Virus record (IMG/VR): IMGVR_UViG_3300012921_000046
Span: 629-64,628 of that record
Source: a virus
Lineage: Duplodnaviria; Caudoviricetes
Reading direction: 5' to 3' (one strand)
Length of the DNA: 64,000 bases
Made by a program: the position numbers and the translations under genes. The notes under the pieces are model-generated. The model saw only the letters and a program-made list of their open reading frames with translations, was not told the origin of the DNA and did not search any database. Numbering within the stretch: the stretch's first letter is position 1; each line of letters opens with the position of its first letter. Of the stretch, positions 1 through 8,738 are shown piece after piece.

Positions 1-17
1 GATTTCGCGTCGCGATC

Positions 18-1235
18 ATGGTTAATGGGCGGCTGCTTCGGCGGCGTGCAAAGGATAAGGACGAAGCTCTCGCCATTCTCAGGCAAATTCGGGAGGAGCA
101 CGACCGTATTGCCGTAGCGAGCCGCAGTCGCCAAACACTTGGCGCCTGGCTTGAACATTGGCTGGTAGAACTTCTACCGGGAACTGTGCGGGCAAAGACC
201 CTCGAAGGGTACGCTGATACCTGCAAACGCTACATCACCCCGTACCTGGGTCACATCCGGCTTGACCGCCTGACGAAAGGCCACGTTCAAGCCTGGTTGA
301 AGCTGCTCAGCAAGACAAAGGTGAAGACAAAGTACAGCAAGCAACGTCAGAAGGAGGGGGACATCCCGCTCAGAACACTCTCAGCCGCGACAGTTGCCAA
401 CGCCCATCGACGCCTTCAAAGAGCCCTCAAGGCCGCTGAAGATGCTGGTTTGCTGACAATTAATGTCGCAAAGGGCGTTGACCGACCGAAACCGGACGAG
501 GTGGTAACTGACACTGATGAGGAGGAGAAGGTGCGGGCGCTCGACCAGAGCCAGATTAAAGCACTCCTCGCTGCGCTGCGTGGCCATCGGCTCTATGCCC
601 TATTCGCGTTGGACTGCACGCTCGGCCTTCGTAGGGGGGAGCTAATCGGTCTGCGCTGGCGCAATGTTCGGCTCGATGGGCCGAAGGCCCACATTCGGGT
701 TCGTGAGCAGCTTCAGCGTCTCAAGAACGAAGCTACGGGGAAGCGAGAGCGAGTTCGCGTCACCACCAAAACCAAGGCGGGTGCGCGAACCGTTCCCCTA
801 TCGGCCGCGCTGGTAGATCTACTCCTTACCCACAGGGAGCAGCAGAAGCACGAACGTGAGGCTATCGGTGAGTCTTGGCACGGTGAGGATCTTGTCTTCA
901 CGTCGGAAATCGGCGGGCCAATCAATGAGCGAAACCTGCTTCGCACGTTGAAGAGGGCGCTGCGCCGTGCTCAGCTCCCTGATGTGTCGCTTCACTCCCT
1001 CCGTCATAGTGCCAGCTCAATCATGATGGCGAACGGCGGCAAGCCTGTAGACGTGGCTGCCATTCTCGGCCATAGCTCTCCAGAGATTACAGTGAGGATC
1101 TACGCCCACAGCTTTGACGAGGGGCAACAGGAGGCGGTAGAAGGAGCAAGCAGCATCCTGGGTGGTGACTCGGTCGCGGGAAAGGCTCCTGACGAGCCTG
1201 GGAAGCCTGCTGATGGACAAGAGGCGGAAAAGTAG
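18..1235 (+). CDS. int: Tyrosine recombinase/integrase of a neighbouring element to the left (N-terminus may extend beyond the window)
   Basis: Catalytic motifs LGLRRGEL (R), LHSLRHS (HxxR), LGHS and RIYAH (Y); SAM-like N-domain TLGAWLEHWL...TLEGY; ends 160 bp from an att core. Confidence 0.95.
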   Translation: MVNGRLLRRRAKDKDEALAILRQIREEHDRIAVASRSRQTLGAWLEHWLVELLPGTVRAKTLEGYADTCKRYITPYLGHIRLDRLTKGHVQAWLKLLSKTKVKTKYSKQRQKEGDIPLRTLSAATVANAHRRLQRALKAAEDAGLLTINVAKGVDRPKPDEVVTDTDEEEKVRALDQSQIKALLAALRGHRLYALFALDCTLGLRRGELIGLRWRNVRLDGPKAHIRVREQLQRLKNEATGKRERVRVTTKTKAGARTVPLSAALVDLLLTHREQQKHEREAIGESWHGEDLVFTSEIGGPINERNLLRTLKRALRRAQLPDVSLHSLRHSASSIMMANGGKPVDVAAILGHSSPEITVRIYAHSFDEGQQEAVEGASSILGGDSVAGKAPDEPGKPADGQEAEK

Positions 1236-1348
1236 CGCCCTGGTAGCCTGGATGGGGCTGAGGGCCACCCGGTGGCCGCTCAGCCCCGCCCTTGATGCCG
1301 GGCAGGAGCAATAACGAAAATGTCTACTCCCACAACTACTCCCATAGC

Positions 1349-1388
1349 AAAAGGAAACGCGGAACCCCTCGAAGAGATTCCGCGTCCC
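1349..1388 (-). terminator. Intrinsic terminator downstream of the tRNA 3' end
   Basis: Minus strand GGACGCGGAATCTC-TTCG-AGGGGTTCCGCGTTTCC followed by TTTT. Confidence 0.75.
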
Positions 1389-1395
1389 AGAGCAG

Positions 1396-1437
1396 TGGAG
1401 CGACGGGGATTCGAACCCCGGACCTCCTGCTTGCAAA
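1396..1437 (-). other. att core: 3' half of tRNA-Ala(TGC)
   Basis: Minus strand TTTGCAAGCAGGAGGTCCGGGGTTCGAATCCCCGTCGCTCCA = anticodon loop, T arm (GTTCGAATC) and acceptor 3' end; no tRNA 5' half upstream, so it is a displaced fragment. Confidence 0.9.
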
Positions 1438-1772
1438 TCAGGGGCGGGGTGTCTTTTTTGACCTATTGGGGTGCGCTATTCCGCACTACAGCGCGAAATT
1501 ACTGCGGGTCTAGCTCGGTTGTTCTTGGTTGAGATTGGGGGAGTTTGGGGTAGTATTGGGGTATCACTGATCTCGCCCGTAATGGAGGTGGCCTGTCGGT
1601 CGAGGGTGTGTGGGTTGCTGACGACGTGCTGGTTGTGGCGGTACAGCTCGTCGAGTGCATCGTAGAGCGTTGGACGCTGGCAATGAGTTAGCTGCGCTAG
1701 CGGCGGGGGTGAGCTGGCCGGCGAACGCCTACCACGACTGTATTACTGCTATGTTATAGGTAATATTTTGTA

Positions 1773-2783
1773 TTATTCTTTTGTAAAGAGATGGGGATTT
1801 TCAAAGTAAAAAGCTTCTTTGGTGTCAACGATGATATTCCATATGCCAACAATTCCTGCTTCGGTTGCGCTTGTTGCAAAAATTACAGTATCGTTATCGA
1901 CAAATTCTCCTAGCATAAAGTGCTTTGGCATGGACCACTCTCCGTATCCATGAACTTCCTCTTCACCAAGAGTGTGAATTTCAAGATTCTCTAAATCAAT
2001 AACACTTATTCTCTCTTCCCAAGCGGCTACATCCAGTGCGCCCGCTTCGTCGTCATCTCCCAATGTGAGAGCAACCTGTCTGAGATTGTTTGCTGTGGAA
2101 AACGCTAAGTATTTACTATTGGAAGAAAAAACAGGCCCACTAAATACATATTGATCAGGCAAAGATACATACACAGGTTCTTTTTTATCGTGACTATAAA
2201 GATTAATTATTCGATTGTAGTTTTCGCTCATTCCATGAAAGTGAGCTGTGTGGAAGTTACCTGTTAGAAGAGCAAGATGTTTTTTATTAGGGGATATTAC
2301 TGCCCGCTCTTTCAGCATTTCCATTTTTCCTCCAAACATTTCTGGGTCAAAGTAGTCTATCTTAAAATTGAACACTTCGTCAAACTCAAAGATTCTATTG
2401 TGTATTTCCACGAAATCACTTCCAATTGTAAACCAAGATGGACTCCATCTAAAGTCAACTGGAATAATAGGCAAGTCTCTCTCACGCCCGCGTGACACTT
2501 CATTGCCAGCGGGCAGCCTCCCATTAAATATATTAACCAAACGCTCCTTCCATTGTCGAATTGCTTCCTGCGGAATGTTCCCGCGATGATACATTGCGTG
2601 ACAGTTGGGGCAAAGCGGAAGAAGGTTGTCTACAGTGTTTCCCCCCCCTTTATGGACTTCCAACATATGATGCAGATCCAGAACAAGTGCAGTGCCGCAG
2701 TGCGGCACGGCGCAGCGGTATCCAGCTTGTGTCAACACTGCAATCCTGATGGATTGAGGGATGGTTTTCCGCCTAGCTGACAT
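1773..2783 (-). CDS. HNH endonuclease domain fused to an unknown beta-rich C-terminal domain (low-GC cargo)
   Basis: CAVPHC...LHH...GGNTVDNLLPLCPNCHAMYH; start taken at MSARRKT; visibly AT-rich versus flanks. Confidence 0.85.
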   Translation of the reverse strand: MSARRKTIPQSIRIAVLTQAGYRCAVPHCGTALVLDLHHMLEVHKGGGNTVDNLLPLCPNCHAMYHRGNIPQEAIRQWKERLVNIFNGRLPAGNEVSRGRERDLPIIPVDFRWSPSWFTIGSDFVEIHNRIFEFDEVFNFKIDYFDPEMFGGKMEMLKERAVISPNKKHLALLTGNFHTAHFHGMSENYNRIINLYSHDKKEPVYVSLPDQYVFSGPVFSSNSKYLAFSTANNLRQVALTLGDDDEAGALDVAAWEERISVIDLENLEIHTLGEEEVHGYGEWSMPKHFMLGEFVDNDTVIFATSATEAGIVGIWNIIVDTKEAFYFENPHLFTKE

Positions 2784-2787
2784 TTTT

Positions 2788-4068
2788 CTATTCCTCTTTT
2801 CGCGGTGGTCGCGACTTAGCCACACGGCGGCTCACGCCAGCGACCGCAGCCTTCTGGCCGTCGTCGAGTGCGTGGGCGTAGAGGCGCTGGGTAATGACGC
2901 TGGAGCTATGCCCGAGCACACGCGACACGTCGACCAGACTTCCGCCCTCGGCAAGCTGGATGCTCGCGGAGCTGTGGCGCAGGTCGTGGAGGCGGATGGT
3001 GCGGGGGAGGCCGGCGGCCGCGAGTACCTTCTTGAAGTGGCGCAGGAGGTTGCGCGGTGAGATCGGGGTGCCTACTTCGCTGGGGAAGATTAGCCCGTCC
3101 GGCTTCCAGCCCTCGCGGTGCTCCTCCTGCTGCATGCGCTCGCGGTGGCGCTGCATCTCCCCACGCATGTACTCGTCGAGGTAGATCGTCCGCTCGCCGT
3201 GCTCGGTTTTGGTCGGTCCAACCCGGCGCTTGCTGTCCAGCGACCGCTCGATCGTCAGTGCGCCGCTCTTCGGGTCGTAGTCCGACCATCGCAGGGCCAG
3301 CGGCTCGCCGCGCCGCGGGCCGACGACGACATACAGCAGGTAGAGCATATACAGACGGGTGTCGATCGGGGGGTAGTGCTTGCTACGGCCCTTCTTCGCC
3401 ACGCCGGCCGCAGTCTGGTAGTTCCGGGTGGTGTAGGTGCCGCGCTTGTCCAGCTCGCCGGCAGCGGCCGCCAGCAGCTTCTCGACCTGGGGGATGTCGA
3501 GAAAGATCGCCTTTCGCCGTGTATAGCGCGGGGGTTTGCTGCGCTTGGCGACGTTGTCGGCGAGGATGCCCCACGCGACGGCCTGGGAGAGTGCAGCGCG
3601 CAGGATGCCGTGCGCCTTCTCGACGGTGCGCCCGCCAACACCAGCCTCGCGCAGCTCCTTCATCCACTTCGTCACGCCGGGGGCGGTCAGCTCGTTGAGG
3701 GGGGTCTTGCCGATCGAGGGGGTGACGTGCTTCTTGATCGTGCGGATGCGGTCTTCGGTGGTGCTCGCGGCCCATTCGCCGGTCTTGACGTAGGTCAGGA
3801 GAAACGTGTCGAGGGTCTGGGTCTGGTCAGCACTCGGCGGGCCGTCGGGGTTGGCCGCCATGTGAGCGTCGTACTTGGCCCTTACCTCCGCCTCGGTGTC
3901 TCCGGTGAAATCTTTGTAGACAGCTTTTCCCGCAGCAGTGCGTCCCACGGCGACTCGCCAGCGGAGCTGGCCGTTGGGGAGGGTGCGCCACGAGCCGGAG
4001 CCGGCCTTCGCCTTGCGGCGAGCTTTGCCAGCGGAGGCGTCGTTTTTTCGGGTTCGCTTAGCAGCCAT
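2788..4068 (-). CDS. int: Prophage tyrosine integrase
   Basis: Start taken at MAAKRTRK (4068) inside ORF 2788..4881; GPRRGE, LHDLRHS, LGHS and RLYAH motifs. Confidence 0.95.
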   Translation of the reverse strand: MAAKRTRKNDASAGKARRKAKAGSGSWRTLPNGQLRWRVAVGRTAAGKAVYKDFTGDTEAEVRAKYDAHMAANPDGPPSADQTQTLDTFLLTYVKTGEWAASTTEDRIRTIKKHVTPSIGKTPLNELTAPGVTKWMKELREAGVGGRTVEKAHGILRAALSQAVAWGILADNVAKRSKPPRYTRRKAIFLDIPQVEKLLAAAAGELDKRGTYTTRNYQTAAGVAKKGRSKHYPPIDTRLYMLYLLYVVVGPRRGEPLALRWSDYDPKSGALTIERSLDSKRRVGPTKTEHGERTIYLDEYMRGEMQRHRERMQQEEHREGWKPDGLIFPSEVGTPISPRNLLRHFKKVLAAAGLPRTIRLHDLRHSSASIQLAEGGSLVDVSRVLGHSSSVITQRLYAHALDDGQKAAVAGVSRRVAKSRPPRKEE

Positions 4069-4223
4069 TCCTGGTACCACGCAGCCGGGATGATGATGCG
4101 ACGCCCAATGCGCTTCGAGCGTAGCCGGCCAGAGTTGACCTCCGCTCGGATGCTGTCGATACCGAGCCCGGTCAGCTCGGCGACCTCTTTCATACTGTAA
4201 GCGTCGCGGTTCGGAGTTGTCAT
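3882..4223 (-). CDS. xis: Excisionase-like HTH_17 protein
   Basis: YSMKEVAELTGLGIDSIRAEVNSGRLRSKRIGRRIII directly upstream of and overlapping int. Confidence 0.85.
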   Translation of the reverse strand: MTTPNRDAYSMKEVAELTGLGIDSIRAEVNSGRLRSKRIGRRIIIPAAWYQEWLLSEPEKTTPPLAKLAARRRPAPARGAPSPTASSAGESPWDALLREKLSTKISPETPRRR

Positions 4224-4268
4224 GGTATCCACCAATGGAACTTTTGCAAATGACAGGACGGTGACGAA

Positions 4269-4739
4269 CTAGCGTTCGACTACGCGCAGCTCGATATCCG
4301 AGTAGCGCTCGCGGAACCACTTCATCCGGAGCGTCGATTCGTCGGTCTGTGTGCCCTGGCCACCCCGCTTCGCGCCCTTCACGTCCTCGACCACCCGGCG
4401 CCCCTGCTCGGTATAGGTAAAGTCGGGCGTGTAGACCGGCGGACGCTTCCCGGTGCCGAGCACAAAGCGCTGCTTCTTGGGGTGCTCGGGGCTGGGGCGC
4501 AGGTCGCTGATGGCGCCGGCACGCTCCAGCAGCCGCAGCTCCAGCCAGCGATCTCGCTCGGCCAGGCTGTCGAACGTCACCCCGTCGACCTCGCACCGAA
4601 CGTTGCCGTAGCGCGACGCCTTCGGCTCGGGTGTGAGATCCGCACCAGCCAGGGCCGCGCGCACCTCGGCTGGCTGGCGCACGCCCTGAGCCTCCAGCCG
4701 GGCCACGATGGCGGCTACGTCCTTCGGCGAGAAGTTCAC
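4269..4739 (-). CDS. DUF1064-like PD-(D/E)xK nuclease
   Basis: SRYGNVRCEVDGVTFDSLAERDR...YTPDFTY...VVEDVKG pattern. Confidence 0.8.
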   Translation of the reverse strand: MNFSPKDVAAIVARLEAQGVRQPAEVRAALAGADLTPEPKASRYGNVRCEVDGVTFDSLAERDRWLELRLLERAGAISDLRPSPEHPKKQRFVLGTGKRPPVYTPDFTYTEQGRRVVEDVKGAKRGGQGTQTDESTLRMKWFRERYSDIELRVVER

Positions 4740-5230
4740 GGCCGCACCTCGTCGATAGGCTCGGGCACCACCGTTGCACAGGTGGCGAGGGCGGCCAGGA
4801 GCTCGGCGCGCGCCTGCACCCTGACGCTGACCAGCGCCTCGCGCAGCAGCGGCCGCAGCGGCACGGGGATGGCGCGCTCAATGATCTCCTCGCCCTGGTC
4901 CGCGATCAGGTCGGCGCGTACCGCGTGGACCAGGCGTACCAGCGGCGCCGGGAGCTGGTATACCTTGGACTGCTCCAGCGCCAGCTCAGCCTTCGCTTTG
5001 TCGAGCTGGCGCCGTACCTCCTGGACCACGTCGCCGATGACGCCGGCCGGCGTATCGGGCGGCAAATCGAGCGCGGCGCGCAGGGCCTGCAGGAGTGTCT
5101 TTAGCTTCGGGTACTCGCGCACGGCCTCCTCGACAAAGGCCGGCGCGTGAGTCGTCCCGTTGATCCGCACGGCCACGACGTGGCCGGCGCTGTCCTGAGC
5201 CAGGGCGATGTCGGTCGTGTAGTCGCTCAT
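4736..5230 (-). CDS. Hypothetical protein
   Basis: Start MSDYTT with GGAG RBS; 4-bp overlaps with both neighbours. Confidence 0.7.
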   Translation of the reverse strand: MSDYTTDIALAQDSAGHVVAVRINGTTHAPAFVEEAVREYPKLKTLLQALRAALDLPPDTPAGVIGDVVQEVRRQLDKAKAELALEQSKVYQLPAPLVRLVHAVRADLIADQGEEIIERAIPVPLRPLLREALVSVRVQARAELLAALATCATVVPEPIDEVRP

Positions 5231-5613
5231 GGTTGGGGCTCCTCCGGGGCGGCCAGCACCCGCCAGCCGGCGTCGGCCAGCGCCTGGCGGGTCTCGGGGG
5301 AATAGTCGCGGAGCAGGTGGCCGACGATCAGGACAGCCACCGCCTGGCGCAGCTCGGCCTCGCTTAGTGCTGCGGCGTAGAATCCGTGCTGCACGCGCCG
5401 GATATAGCCCCGCTCGACGAGGCGGTACAGCGTCGTGCTGATGGTGGTCGGTGCCAGGCGCGACTCCTCGCGCGCAAACGCCAGGTACAGATCGTTCGGA
5501 GTCAGCGGCCGCGCCGCTGACCACAGGATCTGGAGCACGCGGTAGCTGAGCGGGCCCAGGATCGTGATAGCTGCCTGGTCGACAGCGATGTTCCAGTCGG
5601 GCGGGGTGTTCAC
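5227..5613 (-). CDS. BlaI/MecI/CopY-family winged-helix regulator
   Basis: LGPLSYRVLQILWSAARPLT...LAPTTISTTLYRLVERGYIRR; GTG start with AAAGGAG RBS. Confidence 0.85.
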   Translation of the reverse strand: MNTPPDWNIAVDQAAITILGPLSYRVLQILWSAARPLTPNDLYLAFAREESRLAPTTISTTLYRLVERGYIRRVQHGFYAAALSEAELRQAVAVLIVGHLLRDYSPETRQALADAGWRVLAAPEEPQP

Positions 5614-6383
5614 GCGGCCTGCTCCTTTCGCCGACGCTGGCGGCGCAGCCGGGCGATGTACCCGTCGGGTAGCACGGGCAGCGATGCCCCCGTGGGCAGC
5701 CACCACCAGCGGTCGGTGCCCCAGGTCGTCTGCTCCAGACCGTCGAGCCACCCGCCCTGCACGCGCTCGCTTGCGGTCGACGGCGCGACGCAGGCCAGGT
5801 TGGCGATCTCGCTCATCGTCAGCCAGCGCCCGCCCGCGTTCCGTCGCAGCGTTTCGGCGACTGTACGGTAGACCGGGTCGCCCATCATGCCGGGGGCGAC
5901 GAGCGGCCAGTAGCGCCGGTCGTGGACGAAGCGAATCACATCCGCCCGGGCGAACCGGCGGAAGGTGCGCGTTGGCCCGCGCCGGCGGTGGGGAGCCGGC
6001 ACACGGTGCGCGCGCAGGACGCCGCGGCGCACGAGGGCGTTGAGTATCGGCACGGACAGCCCGAGGGCCCGGGCGGCCTGCGGCGTCGTCAGCAGCGCCG
6101 CCCGCTCGCGCTCCTGGGCCGGCAGCTCGGCGATGACGGCCTTAACACTGCGCGTGCTGCGCTTCACCGTGCGCGCGATGGTCTCGATCGCCGCACCCTT
6201 TGCCCACAGGTCGCGGACCTGGGCCCGGTAGCGCCGCGCTGGCTGGCGGTTTCGCACGCCCCGACTGATGTGACCGGGGCGGCACGACTCCTGGTGCGCC
6301 GTTCGGTTCTTGAACTTGAACTCAGTGTGGCAGCGCAGGCAGCACATCCGCGCCGAGTAGTAGGAGCTGGCAGCGTTACCCAT
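5610..6383 (-). CDS. Multi-HTH DNA-binding protein
   Basis: LLTTPQAARALGLS...VRRGVL and WLTMSEIANLACVAPSTA HTH-like segments. Confidence 0.65.
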   Translation of the reverse strand: MGNAASSYYSARMCCLRCHTEFKFKNRTAHQESCRPGHISRGVRNRQPARRYRAQVRDLWAKGAAIETIARTVKRSTRSVKAVIAELPAQERERAALLTTPQAARALGLSVPILNALVRRGVLRAHRVPAPHRRRGPTRTFRRFARADVIRFVHDRRYWPLVAPGMMGDPVYRTVAETLRRNAGGRWLTMSEIANLACVAPSTASERVQGGWLDGLEQTTWGTDRWWWLPTGASLPVLPDGYIARLRRQRRRKEQAA

Positions 6384-6387
6384 CGTC

Positions 6388-6918
6388 CTACTCCGCCCGC
6401 CCCAAGCTCGCCGCTGCGCTGAACCCGTCAGGGTAGCGCTGGGCTAGCTTGCGGATGTTGGCCTGCATCACCTCGCCGAGCTCGACTCCCATGGCGTCCG
6501 CCGCCTGGGCGACATACCACTGCGCGTCCCCAAGCTCCAGCGTCAGCTCGGGCACGTCGATGCCCACATACAGTGCCTCGGGGGGCGGTGCACCGCGCTC
6601 CCCCTCGCGCCGGATCGTCTTGATCACGTAGTCGCTCATCATTTCGATCTCAAACGTCTGGCCGATTAGCGCCTGGTAGTCGAGCGAGTGGCCGTGGTAG
6701 CGGCCTTTCTTCACCCGGTCGGCCACGGCGCCGACGGCGGCGATCAGGCTCAGCAGCTCGCGCGCGAGCGGGTCGCCGTTCATGTCGGCCCCGATGCTGG
6801 AGGCCAGCTCGCCCGCCTCGCCCGCAAGGCCGAGCACGGCGTTTACCATGCGGTGCTCGGGGCGGTCGTGGGCCGTGCTGGTTCGCATTGCCAGCCGCTG
6901 GTACTCATTCGCATCCAT
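6388..6918 (-). CDS. mazG: MazG-like nucleotide pyrophosphohydrolase
   Basis: LGLAGEAGE ... LELGDAQWYVA ... VMQANIRKLAQRYPDGF phage MazG signature. Confidence 0.88.
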   Translation of the reverse strand: MDANEYQRLAMRTSTAHDRPEHRMVNAVLGLAGEAGELASSIGADMNGDPLARELLSLIAAVGAVADRVKKGRYHGHSLDYQALIGQTFEIEMMSDYVIKTIRREGERGAPPPEALYVGIDVPELTLELGDAQWYVAQAADAMGVELGEVMQANIRKLAQRYPDGFSAAASLGRAE

Positions 6919-7225
6919 CGATGTTCTCCCGCGCGAGCAGCTTCGCCAGCTCCTGCATCACAGGAGCTTCTCGATGAAGCACGGCGTAAAAGGCCATAAG
7001 CCTCCCCCAACAACTGATCGCGAGAGCCTCTGCAAGCGTGCTGGCTTCTGCGGTGTCAAACGATGTGTTTCCAACGCGCACTTCGTAGGCGTACAGCACC
7101 GCCGCTGGTGTGCCATGCTCGCCGGTCAGCTTGAACTTCGGCGTGATCGTGATCGCTCTGTCCGTGTGCAGCACCAGGTCAACCATGCGCAGCACCGCCG
7201 CAGGATCAGTGTTCAATGGTTTCAT
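6905..7225 (-). CDS. Hypothetical protein
   Basis: ORF with coupled overlaps in the early operon. Confidence 0.7.
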   Translation of the reverse strand: MKPLNTDPAAVLRMVDLVLHTDRAITITPKFKLTGEHGTPAAVLYAYEVRVGNTSFDTAEASTLAEALAISCWGRLMAFYAVLHREAPVMQELAKLLARENIDGCE

Positions 7226-8367
7226 AGGCTCATCACTTCTTGACGAAGCGCAGGCACCACAACGCGGCCCTTCGCCGCATGCGCTGCCATCAGCTCCTCA
7301 TAGCGAGCCAGAATGCTCTCGGGCGTCTGGTAGTCGATGGTGAGGCCGACCGTCCCGGCCACCGCCTGGCGCACGTCGGCGAGCAAGCGCGCCTCCGACC
7401 ACGTCGGCATGCAGGTGGGCCAGCCCTCCGTGTACTCCAGGTGTGGCGGGATCGCCGCCTCGGCCTCGGCTCGGCGGGCGGCGCGGGCCTTCGCCGGCGA
7501 GAGGGCCGCGGCCTGCGCCGGGGTCAGAACCTGCGGCGCGATGTCGGCCAGCCACAGCCGATCGTGGAAGCTGAAGGTCGAGCCCAGCTCCAGGTCAACC
7601 ATCAGCCGGTACAGCTCGTGGTTGGCCGGGTTGGTCGCGGCCTTTACCATGTCGTCCACGTTGGACAGGATGCAGAAGACGCACGACACCCGCGACATGC
7701 CCCAGACCGTGTAGGCGGGGTGGATGGGAAGGCCCGCCCGCTGGTGCTCGGCCCAGACGTCGTCGAGCGTCCAGTCGACGAGCCCCTTCCAGTCGAGTCC
7801 GCGCGTGCCGTTCGCGCGGGTCAGCAGCGGCTGTGGCTTGCTGACCCACGCCTGCTTCCGCTTCGGGCTCTCCTCGCGCCGGATGCCGGTCGCGCTGGCG
7901 ATCAGCTGACCCGGGAAGCGCTGGGCGAGCGCGCGGCAGATAATCGCCGTCTTCAGCTCCGAGGTGCAGAAGCGCATGCTCGCCGTCGACCACGGCAGGA
8001 TGAGCTTCACACACGAGAGGGAGGCGTAGCGCTCGACGTTGTTGGCCCAGCGGGTGAGCCAGCGGTCGAGCATGTCGCCGGCCTGCCGGCGCACGACGAC
8101 CAGCTCGACGCCCACCCGCTCGGCCACCTGCCGGCACACGTCCAGGCTCTCGCGGTGCTCTGTGCGGCCCAGGTCGCTGTGGATAGCGATGCGCGGCCCG
8201 GTATGGCCCAGCAGGTCCAGGGCGCGGCAGCCGGCCGACAGCTTCGCACTGCCGTCCTTGCCGCCCGACAGCCCGAAGGCAAAGACCGCCCCCGCCGCGG
8301 CCGCGGCGCGGATCTCGTCGGTGACGGCGATCCGGTCGCCAATGGAGGTGTAGGCGGGGGCGGCCAT
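7222..8367 (-). CDS. Phosphoadenosine phosphosulfate (PAPS) reductase-family protein
   Basis: PP-loop LSGGKDG, HSDLGR, RFCTSELK, TGIRREES, HPAY, RVSCVFC. Confidence 0.88.
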   Translation of the reverse strand: MAAPAYTSIGDRIAVTDEIRAAAAAGAVFAFGLSGGKDGSAKLSAGCRALDLLGHTGPRIAIHSDLGRTEHRESLDVCRQVAERVGVELVVVRRQAGDMLDRWLTRWANNVERYASLSCVKLILPWSTASMRFCTSELKTAIICRALAQRFPGQLIASATGIRREESPKRKQAWVSKPQPLLTRANGTRGLDWKGLVDWTLDDVWAEHQRAGLPIHPAYTVWGMSRVSCVFCILSNVDDMVKAATNPANHELYRLMVDLELGSTFSFHDRLWLADIAPQVLTPAQAAALSPAKARAARRAEAEAAIPPHLEYTEGWPTCMPTWSEARLLADVRQAVAGTVGLTIDYQTPESILARYEELMAAHAAKGRVVVPALRQEVMSL

Positions 8368-8377
8368 CGTGCTGCTC

Positions 8378-8716
8378 CTACCCTCGCGCCAGCGCCGGCC
8401 GGCGCTCGACGCTCACCCCGGCCCGCTCCATCGGCGTGATCGTCCCCCCCGACTGCCGCAGCGTGCCGAGGTCCTTGAACTTGCCCGCGTAGTGGACCTT
8501 GATGTCGGGGTCGCGCTGGCTCAGCTCCTCGTCGATCTCGTCGGCCGCCTCCAGCAGGTCGTCCATGTCGCCGAACTCGAGCGTCAGCTTGATCTTCGCA
8601 CCCGGCTGCTCGTAGAGGCGGGCGAGGCGGTTGAGCATGTCCAGCCGCCCCTCCGGGCTGCACTGATTGAAGTCGACCTCGATCGTCAGCTCGCTCTTCT
8701 CGTTCACACGGGGCAT
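8378..8716 (-). CDS. Hypothetical acidic protein
   Basis: Start MPRVNEK with GAAAGGA RBS. Confidence 0.7.
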   Translation of the reverse strand: MPRVNEKSELTIEVDFNQCSPEGRLDMLNRLARLYEQPGAKIKLTLEFGDMDDLLEAADEIDEELSQRDPDIKVHYAGKFKDLGTLRQSGGTITPMERAGVSVERRPALARG

Positions 8717-8738
8717 GTCGCTGTTCCTTTCGTTGTCG

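Noticed and set aside
1396-1470. Intact tRNA-Ala gene
   Set aside because: Sequence 5' of the anticodon loop cannot form the D arm or acceptor stem.
2788-4881. 697-aa integrase as given by the ORF track
   Set aside because: The first 271 codons overlap xis and the DUF1064 gene and are low-complexity; the real start is 4068.
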